DNA of 64,000 nt from a virus. Taxonomy: Duplodnaviria; Caudoviricetes. Position numbers and translations under genes: made by a program. The stretch spans positions 32,001 through 96,000 of the IMG/VR virus record IMGVR_UViG_3300021387_001666. One strand, 5' to 3'. The notes beneath the pieces are model-generated. The model saw nothing but the letters and a program-made list of their open reading frames with translations. It was not told the origin of the DNA and searched no databases. This document shows positions 28,103 to 34,767 of the stretch, piece by piece (positions within the stretch are counted from its first letter, which is position 1; each line of letters begins with the position of its first letter).

Positions 28103-30703
28103 ATGGCAAACAAGAAAACAGGTGATATTGAAATAGGTGGCAGACTGTTTAATACTGCTACTGGTAATATAGTTGCTGGTGCTGATGCTATCAAGGATGA
28201 GGCAAAAGGCAAGACTCAAGCTGAAATAAATGTTGAGACTTATGAGCATGTGGCTGACATTAATGCTGCACTTCAAGAACTCAGTCCCGACCAAACAGAG
28301 GCTCTTGCACTGGCTACAGATGTGGTAAATTTAAAAGGAGATGTTGACCAAGGTGCAGTCTTTGATGTAAGTGCCAAATATCCTACAAGTGGTGTGGATG
28401 GTGGCAATACTTATACTCTTGAAGGTGCGCTTGCTGTACTTAATGCTAATCTTCCTGCCAGCAAGAAGAAGGGTGGAATGAGCATCAAGTTTGTACAGAG
28501 TTCTGACAACAAGTATGTGCAGTATAGATTGATGGCTGATGCATGGAGTGATGATACTGATGATTGGTTTATTTCAGAAGAAGGTGTTTATGTAGAGAAT
28601 CCTGAGTTTGTCTATGTAAAGACAGATGCAGAAAATAAAATCTTATGGGCTATTAAGGCTGACGGCAGTATTTACTATGGTGCAGGATGTCCACAACAAG
28701 TAAAGGACTACATTGAAGAAAAACTCTCATCATTATCTCTTGACGAATATGAGGATATAGTTGCTTTCATGAACGGCTTAGAAGAAGGGGACAAAACCTT
28801 ACAGCAGCTATTGACTGAAAAACTTGATGCAGAAGGATTGGATGCTAATGCTCTTGGCACAATTGAAGTTATTGAAAATCAAGAGTGGATTGATGTTAAG
28901 ACAGACTCAGAGGGTAAAATCCTTGAAGGAGTTAAGGCTGACGGGACTAAGGTTATTGAACTACCTCTTGAAATACAAGGAGTACGTCAGGAAACTGTTG
29001 ATAATCCTGAATTTATACAAGTTACTACTGATTTGGAAGGGAAGATTATTGAAGGGACTAAAAAGGATGGCAAAAAGGTGTTCTTCGCTGGGATTGAAGG
29101 AGTGGTTATGGATGCCGATATTGATAAATTAGAACATGATGTAGAATATGCCAATAGCCAAATTGCTTCTCTTACTGATGAGATTAAAGATATAGATGGC
29201 TGCTATCATGGAAATAATGCTATTGAACTGGCATATATTGACATGAACTCTACACTTGTTTCAAGTCATTTGAAGAATGGAGAAAAAGGACTTGTAGTTA
29301 GTGCAAGACCAGAACTTGTAATAAAGGATAGCCAAGGCAATGTAACTATTAACGATGATGTTGATTATATATGCTCGTCTGCATTCCTTTATGGCACAGT
29401 TTATTATAAGGTGTTCAGCGATATAGTCAATGGTGTTACAGAATGGTTCTTTGTTGAATATGATGAAAAGGCTGGATACAACAACTTAAAGAGCGCCTCT
29501 GTTCCTCTTATGGAAACTATGCCAGACTATAGTCAAGAATCCTGGGATTGGAGTAAAGATGTAAATGGGAGGTACACTATTATGCAACAGGTCTATGACT
29601 ATCTTGATGCTTTGATGGTTGAAAACCCTACTGTTATGGAAAAGTATGACCCAATGGCTACTCAGGATTATGAAGAAGATGGTGTAACTATTCGTGCTAT
29701 GCCAAAATTACGTGAATGGGACACTAATCCTCCGATTATACAATACATGATTAATCATGGGTATAGCCAGTATCCTTTTTGGTATAATGGTATTTCGGAA
29801 GGAGATTATGATATAACTGTAGGAAGTAACATTTATCATGCACATCTTAAAGCAACACCGAAGTTTAAAACTTTTGTATATAAGTTAAGTAAAAAAGATA
29901 TATGGTATTCAACAAGAAGCAATAGTAAAAAGATTGCAAGAAGAACATTGTATATTCAGGCGGGTGTTCATGGTGACGAGAATATGGGTCCTGTTGCTAC
30001 TGCACATTTGGTCAAGGAGCTTCTCAGCGACTCAAAGGGGGCTTATTCAGTATTAGCCAATTATGATGTTTATATTCTGCCGGTTCTTGACGGCTATAAC
30101 TCTTTGCATGGTTCATACAATGGTGCTTATGGCACTAATGCCAACAGGAATTATCCTACTCCTTGGTGGAGAGAAGAAGATGCTGCATGGGGACTGGCTG
30201 CTGGTGACTATTTTGTCACACGACTTGCCTGTGCTTTTATAGATGTTTTCAAACCAGATGTAGCATTTGATGTGCATGACCAGACTGCTACTGCTCTTGA
30301 TAGCCAAGGAAACTATTTCCATGACTTTGGATATTTCTGTAGTGGCCTTTACCATACTTGCCACCAGATGTATCAGACTGTTGCGGAGATATTGAATGTA
30401 GTTCGCAATACACAAAGATTTGAGCAATACTTTGGTACTAAAAACCAAATTCCTCAGTTCAGTGCTCGGTGTGAAAGAATGAATGCGGCTCATGCTCACG
30501 ATTATTTCTTCTACAAGGATATGAGAACATCAGGACTTATGGAACTTCCAAGTAGTATTAACTGGGTAGCACAGGAAGATGGTAGTTGTATATCACAAAG
30601 AGTTATTGAAAATGACTATAATGTTCATACATGGGAACTTGCAGCACTAATTCTAATTAACTTTACTTATGGAATGTGCGAATATAATTTGATAACAAAA
30701 TAA
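28103..30703 (+). CDS. Tail fibre/spike with three ~25-aa repeats and a C-terminal M14 zinc-carboxypeptidase-like domain
   Basis: Repeats ENPEFVYVKTDAENKIL / ENQEWIDVKTDSEGKIL / DNPEFIQVTTDLEGKII; M14 motifs AGVHGDE, NANRNY and FDVHD. Confidence 0.65.
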   Translation: MANKKTGDIEIGGRLFNTATGNIVAGADAIKDEAKGKTQAEINVETYEHVADINAALQELSPDQTEALALATDVVNLKGDVDQGAVFDVSAKYPTSGVDGGNTYTLEGALAVLNANLPASKKKGGMSIKFVQSSDNKYVQYRLMADAWSDDTDDWFISEEGVYVENPEFVYVKTDAENKILWAIKADGSIYYGAGCPQQVKDYIEEKLSSLSLDEYEDIVAFMNGLEEGDKTLQQLLTEKLDAEGLDANALGTIEVIENQEWIDVKTDSEGKILEGVKADGTKVIELPLEIQGVRQETVDNPEFIQVTTDLEGKIIEGTKKDGKKVFFAGIEGVVMDADIDKLEHDVEYANSQIASLTDEIKDIDGCYHGNNAIELAYIDMNSTLVSSHLKNGEKGLVVSARPELVIKDSQGNVTINDDVDYICSSAFLYGTVYYKVFSDIVNGVTEWFFVEYDEKAGYNNLKSASVPLMETMPDYSQESWDWSKDVNGRYTIMQQVYDYLDALMVENPTVMEKYDPMATQDYEEDGVTIRAMPKLREWDTNPPIIQYMINHGYSQYPFWYNGISEGDYDITVGSNIYHAHLKATPKFKTFVYKLSKKDIWYSTRSNSKKIARRTLYIQAGVHGDENMGPVATAHLVKELLSDSKGAYSVLANYDVYILPVLDGYNSLHGSYNGAYGTNANRNYPTPWWREEDAAWGLAAGDYFVTRLACAFIDVFKPDVAFDVHDQTATALDSQGNYFHDFGYFCSGLYHTCHQMYQTVAEILNVVRNTQRFEQYFGTKNQIPQFSARCERMNAAHAHDYFFYKDMRTSGLMELPSSINWVAQEDGSCISQRVIENDYNVHTWELAALILINFTYGMCEYNLITK

Positions 30704-30727
30704 TATAACTTTTTAAAAATTAAAAAT

Positions 30728-31489
30728 ATGGGTAATTATTGTTTAGTAACTAAGTTAAAAGAAGCTGTTCAAAATGACAACCTTCTTAAAATGGGCGAAT
30801 GTATCTTAACAGCAAGAACTGCTGTAGTCAATAACGGATTGTATTTAAAGCCTAAAAACTCTGGTTCGTTAGATTTGGCATTCTCAACTCCTGTTTCAAT
30901 TTATACAGCAGATTGGGAGCTTATTGAATCAAATGTTAGCAGCTATACTGCTACAACAGTGGTTAAGATTGCTTTACCTGTTAATACAGATGTCAAAATA
31001 CATATTATCAAAAAGGGCGATATTCAATCAGTACAGGCGATTGGAGATGTAAATGTATCATTTAACGGGTTTGATTATTTGGATTCGTTAGGGTCATTAG
31101 AATTTAATACCAATGGTGTTCTTTCTAATCTTGACATCAATTTCTTGAAAGAGTCCGATAATATCAATTATGTTAATATCAAGAATGGTGTTGGAGGAGA
31201 TATTAATGCCGTCTCTGGAAAGAACCTCTCTGAGTTTAGAATCTACAACGCAAGCGATGTGTATGGCGATATTGAAGCATTCTCTGCTTGTACCAAGATT
31301 ACAATCCTCATTATTAACACAACTAATATTACAGGAAGTGTTGATAACCTACTTGATGCTTTGGCTGCATCAGGTAAGACAACGACTATCAGTTCTTTGA
31401 GAATTTCTGACAAGGTAACATTTAGCAAGGGTGGTGCTGGTTCTTATAGTATTGTGTTTAGCAATGGTACTTGGGATGTAGCAAGTTAA
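30728..31489 (+). CDS. LRR-like putative receptor-binding protein
   Basis: Repeating GDI..LS..NL units in the C-terminal half; follows the spike gene. Confidence 0.5.
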   Translation: MGNYCLVTKLKEAVQNDNLLKMGECILTARTAVVNNGLYLKPKNSGSLDLAFSTPVSIYTADWELIESNVSSYTATTVVKIALPVNTDVKIHIIKKGDIQSVQAIGDVNVSFNGFDYLDSLGSLEFNTNGVLSNLDINFLKESDNINYVNIKNGVGGDINAVSGKNLSEFRIYNASDVYGDIEAFSACTKITILIINTTNITGSVDNLLDALAASGKTTTISSLRISDKVTFSKGGAGSYSIVFSNGTWDVAS

Positions 31490-31531
31490 CACAAAAAACC
31501 ATAGTTCTTGTAATAACTAGGTACAAAAGGC

Positions 31532-31583
31532 AGTCACTTCGGTGACTTTAATCTAAAAAGTCCCATCCTCAGTGGTGGGACTT
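31532..31583. other. Two tandem hairpins after the fibre cluster
   Basis: AGTCAC-TTCG-GTGACT (cUUCGg tetraloop) and AAGTCCCA..TGGGACTT. Confidence 0.65.
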
Positions 31584-31624
31584 ATAAAACAAATAAAGAT
31601 AATAAAGAATATAAAACAAAAGTT

Positions 31625-31783
31625 ATGTTTGGTTTTCTTAAAAGATTATGCTGTAAACACGAGTATGAATGGAAACGCAATATTTATGGTGATGAAATAA
31701 ATTATTGTGGTGGGAAACGTTCAATATGGAAGTGTAAGAAATGTGGTAAAATTCAATATAGAGATAAATTATATGGAAAATAG
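31625..31783 (+). CDS. Small Zn-ribbon-like protein (52 aa, not in the ORF track)
   Basis: MFGFLKRLCCKHEY..WKCKKCGK; overlaps the next start. Confidence 0.7.
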   Translation: MFGFLKRLCCKHEYEWKRNIYGDEINYCGGKRSIWKCKKCGKIQYRDKLYGK

Positions 31784-32153
31784 TTTTGCAATGCCTATTG
31801 GCGGCAAAAGTATTTTAAGAAGTACTGGTGAAGAAGTTGAGATTATTGACTTTGAAGCTAAAATTCGTGGTGATAGAGCTGATGAAGATTGGGTTACTTA
31901 TATTGATTCAGAAGGCAAGGAGCATATTAAGGAACATCTTAATATTCAGCTGGACTTTAAGACTGTCGCTAATGACACTTTTGGTAAATTGCTAGACATA
32001 GCTAAACCAAATAAATATCCTACTGAAAGAAATAGAAGAATATTTGAAGTAGCTAAGGAACTTTATTTAAATGGAAATAGAGGATATGGAATTAATGAAG
32101 CTGTAGAAGTAGCTACCAATCTTGTTGATAAAGTCGGAATTGAAACTGAATAA
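31773..32153 (+). CDS. Hypothetical protein
   Basis: ATG 31773 (MENSFAMPIGG) is preferred to GTG 31707. Confidence 0.65.
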   Translation: MENSFAMPIGGKSILRSTGEEVEIIDFEAKIRGDRADEDWVTYIDSEGKEHIKEHLNIQLDFKTVANDTFGKLLDIAKPNKYPTERNRRIFEVAKELYLNGNRGYGINEAVEVATNLVDKVGIETE

Positions 32154-32279
32154 AAATACCAGAAAAATGGATTGTAGTAGGTCGTCTTCATCTGAATCCA
32201 TGAACCCGTAAAACAGATATTCTGACAGGTGACAGACCATGAGGTAATTCTCTAGGAGTGCAGTAATGAAGACAAAAAG

Positions 32280-32306
32280 AATCCCATCCTTAATAAGGGT
32301 GGGATT
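32280..32306. terminator. Terminator between convergent units
   Basis: AATCCCATCCTT-AAT-AAGGGTGGGATT. Confidence 0.75.
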
Positions 32307-32326
32307 TATCATATAAAACAGACAGC

Positions 32327-32551
32327 CTATCTTTTCCTGCCAATATCTCTTATATTAACCATTCCAGAAATCAAGTTCGCTAAAACATTCCTGCCAAAGT
32401 CATCCTCATTCTCTTGGTGATGATGGGCTAGGTGAGTGTTAATCACTCCTATAATCTGTCTGAGCATAAGATTATTTTCATGCACCTCACTGTAGAGCTC
32501 ATTTAAAGTTCTCTGAAGCCTTCTTTCTTCCCTTGTGGTCATCTGTACCAT
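32327..32551 (-). CDS. Small helical protein
   Basis: 74 aa; ENNLMLRQI..EDDFGRNVLANLIS. Confidence 0.6.
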   Translation of the reverse strand: MVQMTTREERRLQRTLNELYSEVHENNLMLRQIIGVINTHLAHHHQENEDDFGRNVLANLISGMVNIRDIGRKR

Positions 32552-32669
32552 TCTTTAAATATCTCCTAACCTCAGGCATCCCAGACATCTTCTTGAGTGT
32601 TTCAATCACCTGTTTCCTTGAGCTGCCTGTAAAATGTGCAAGCTGATTGATGATAACATCTTGATTCAT
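32499..32669 (-). CDS. Small basic protein (56 aa, not in the ORF track)
   Basis: MNQDVIINQLAHFTGSSRKQVIETLKKM..; ATGA overlap with the upstream stop. Confidence 0.5.
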   Translation of the reverse strand: MNQDVIINQLAHFTGSSRKQVIETLKKMSGMPEVRRYLKNGTDDHKGRKKASENFK

Positions 32670-33001
32670 ACACTCTGTTCTATTGTAGGTTCTGTTTCAA
32701 AATCCTTTTCTGTAAGTTCCTGCTTTGAGTTATTGTTTGGATTAAACCCAAAGTTACCAGAGAACATACTGCCCATCAAGCCAAGAAGTGCAAAGTCTGG
32801 GACATTGGTATGATCAATATCTTCATACACTTCCATAGTCAGTACCTTTAGATACATCTCTATAGCAATCTTCCTGTTCTCAATCATCTTCTTCTTGTTA
32901 GGAGAAAGTTTGCTATACTTCTCACTATTCATGTAGTCTACTAATCTCAGGAGCCTGTTTTTCAGTTCTACCTGTTCTACTTTCAATCTCAAATCTTCCA
33001 T
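32666..33001 (-). CDS. Helical-hairpin protein resembling the crAss001 gp48-like family
   Basis: RLKVEQVELKNRLLRLVDYM..YSKLS..EMYLKVL pattern; starts after the promoter. Confidence 0.5.
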   Translation of the reverse strand: MEDLRLKVEQVELKNRLLRLVDYMNSEKYSKLSPNKKKMIENRKIAIEMYLKVLTMEVYEDIDHTNVPDFALLGLMGSMFSGNFGFNPNNNSKQELTEKDFETEPTIEQSV

Positions 33002-33022
33002 AACACTAAATATTTGATAGTG

Positions 33023-33127
33023 CAAAGATAACAGTTCTATAGTAAGAATAAAAACAATGCCGATTGTAAGGATTGGTTATAAGTTTTATTAGTGTGTAAG
33101 CCATTAAGAATAGGCTGTATATCTTTG
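33023..33127. promoter_or_regulatory. Divergent promoter pair
   Basis: TATCTTTG on the - strand (33023-33030) and on the + strand (33120-33127). Confidence 0.7.
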
Positions 33128-33154
33128 CAGTATCAATATTAAAGAAGAGTAGAT

Positions 33155-33439
33155 ATGTTTAATTTCAAGAAGTTGGTTGTTAAGTACCTGAGGGAGGCTA
33201 TTCAGATGATAGAAAATGATGATTGTGAATTGTCTGATACTGAAGCTATGGATATAGTGAAGGTAATAGCTCACAGGCCTATGAGTAAGGAGCAAGCCTG
33301 CAATTATCTTAATTTAAGTAGGAGCAGATTTGATGATCTTGTTAGAGAAAGAAAGATACCCAGAGGAAAGAAAAAAGTAGGATTTAAAGAATTGTACTGG
33401 TATCAGGATGAGTTGGATTTCTGTAAGAAAGACAGGTAA
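33155..33439 (+). CDS. Excisionase/AlpA-like HTH DNA-binding protein
   Basis: MSKEQACNYLNLSRSRFDDLVRERKIPRG..W. Confidence 0.75.
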   Translation: MFNFKKLVVKYLREAIQMIENDDCELSDTEAMDIVKVIAHRPMSKEQACNYLNLSRSRFDDLVRERKIPRGKKKVGFKELYWYQDELDFCKKDR

Positions 33440-33442
33440 AAA

Positions 33443-33474
33443 TTTGGTAGAATTAATTATAATGTTTAACTTTG
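33443..33474 (+). promoter_or_regulatory. Canonical Bacteroidota promoter
   Basis: TTTG, 20-nt spacer, TAACTTTG. Confidence 0.7.
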
Positions 33475-33489
33475 CAAATAGAAATGTAT

Positions 33490-33615
33490 ATGGCAAGTAA
33501 GAAAAGTAGAGGTTCTAATGGAAGAGCAAAACCAGCAATACCTAAAGCAGGAGTTACCAAGAACAGAGCTAGAAGGTACGACTGTGGAGGTAAAATCAAA
33601 ACTAAAAGTAAGTAG
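33490..33615 (+). CDS. 41-aa basic peptide ending YDCGGKIK (not in the ORF track)
   Basis: ATG 15 nt after the promoter; MASKKSRGSNGRAKPAIPKAGVTKNRARRYDCGGKIKTKSK. Confidence 0.6.
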   Translation: MASKKSRGSNGRAKPAIPKAGVTKNRARRYDCGGKIKTKSK

Positions 33616-33970
33616 AATCATCAGGCTTAAAAGAACTCTGAAGATTCTTCCTATGATTATGGCAGGATTGTATTGGTTAAATACAGTCTTGTCATATTTT
33701 GATTTAGACTATAGTATTGTATCTTACTTAGCAGGAGTTGGTCTCATACCATTAATCTTTATATTCATAGCCTCTTATGCCTTTAATTTCTGCAACTATC
33801 ATAGGATGTTTCTCTGGTATATTGTTGCTAATGATATAATTTGTTGGACAGACTATACTTTTGAGTTACCTATATCTAATTGGGACTATATGATGTTACA
33901 TTGTATTGTTGCAGGAGTGTTTCTTGGTTTAATACTCTATATGAGGCAGAGGTGTAGGAAAAAGTCTTAA
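33518..33970 (+). CDS. Multi-pass membrane protein (start uncertain)
   Basis: About four hydrophobic helices. Confidence 0.65.
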   Translation: MEEQNQQYLKQELPRTELEGTTVEVKSKLKVSRIIRLKRTLKILPMIMAGLYWLNTVLSYFDLDYSIVSYLAGVGLIPLIFIFIASYAFNFCNYHRMFLWYIVANDIICWTDYTFELPISNWDYMMLHCIVAGVFLGLILYMRQRCRKKS

Positions 33971-33985
33971 ACTATACTAAAAGAT

Positions 33986-34026
33986 AAGGTCAGATGTAAC
34001 AGTCTGGCTTTTTTATTGTATATTTG
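33986..34026 (+). terminator. Terminator followed by a -7 element TATATTTG
   Basis: AAGGTCAGA..TCTGGCTTTTTT, then TATATTTG at 34019-34026. Confidence 0.6.
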
Positions 34027-34048
34027 CAAAGACTAAAAACCTTGTATT

Positions 34049-34435
34049 ATGTGGAATTGGATAAAATCTTTATTTTGTTGTAATAAACAACAGGCCAAAG
34101 TCATTCATAGCAATGATATAATTAACGCAGATTATACTATATCAAATGCTTTTGAACACACATGGACTATAGTTGAATTTGCTAAAAAGCATGGTAAAAT
34201 GCAAATAAGGAAATGTCCAGAGACAAATAACAGAGAGTCTTATTGGATATGTAGATTTCTTAATAATAAAAACGAAAGTACTTATGTTTATATATCCTCC
34301 AGACTTCAAGGCGTCTCTGCTAAAGAATTTTCTGAGCAGAGGAATTTTATTAAAGTAGGACAGACAAAAACAGGTAACTTTGTTTTGTTTGACTTTAGAA
34401 GTAAGAAGTGGGAGGATGTTGACTTAGGATTGTAA
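34049..34435 (+). CDS. Hypothetical protein
   Basis: AT-rich 128-aa ORF behind its own -7 element. Confidence 0.6.
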   Translation: MWNWIKSLFCCNKQQAKVIHSNDIINADYTISNAFEHTWTIVEFAKKHGKMQIRKCPETNNRESYWICRFLNNKNESTYVYISSRLQGVSAKEFSEQRNFIKVGQTKTGNFVLFDFRSKKWEDVDLGL

Positions 34436-34531
34436 TTTACATTATATAAGTATTCATTAAAAATAATTATACCTATTGATTTATCGGAGGATGATTTGTC
34501 TGTATTACCAGAATTAGAATAAAATTGGGTT

Positions 34532-34738
34532 ATGATGTATAAGTATTGGAAAAAGTATAAATGGTACATCATTGAGTATACCATTTATGTGTGTTTTATT
34601 TCTACTATAGTTTCAGATTTCTATAGATGGAGTAAATCTGAATATCTAAAGTTATGGGTAATATGGTGTATTATGTTACCACTAATAATTTATAGTGTAG
34701 TGTCAGGTATTAAGTACTTTAGAAATAAAAAGAAATAG
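34532..34738 (+). CDS. Small two-TM membrane protein
   Basis: 68 aa with two hydrophobic stretches and basic ends. Confidence 0.55.
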   Translation: MMYKYWKKYKWYIIEYTIYVCFISTIVSDFYRWSKSEYLKLWVIWCIMLPLIIYSVVSGIKYFRNKKK

Positions 34739-34761
34739 GGAGAGGTTTTGCTCTCTCCCTA
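34736..34761. terminator. Hairpin where the two genome arms converge
   Basis: TAGGGAGAG..CTCTCCCTA. Confidence 0.7.
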
Positions 34762-34767
34762 CAGTGA

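Noticed and set aside
31532-31547. AGTCAC/GTGACT resembling the kissing-loop sequence at 18.6-18.7 kb
   Set aside because: The match is only 6-7 nt and is buried in a stem here, so it is probably chance.
25728-31600. Diversity-generating retroelement or invertible fibre cassette
   Set aside because: No reverse transcriptase, recombinase or near-identical template/variable repeat pair is visible in the window.
33155-33439. Excisionase as evidence of a prophage
   Set aside because: There is no integrase, att-like repeat or host gene in the window; a regulatory HTH is the simpler reading.
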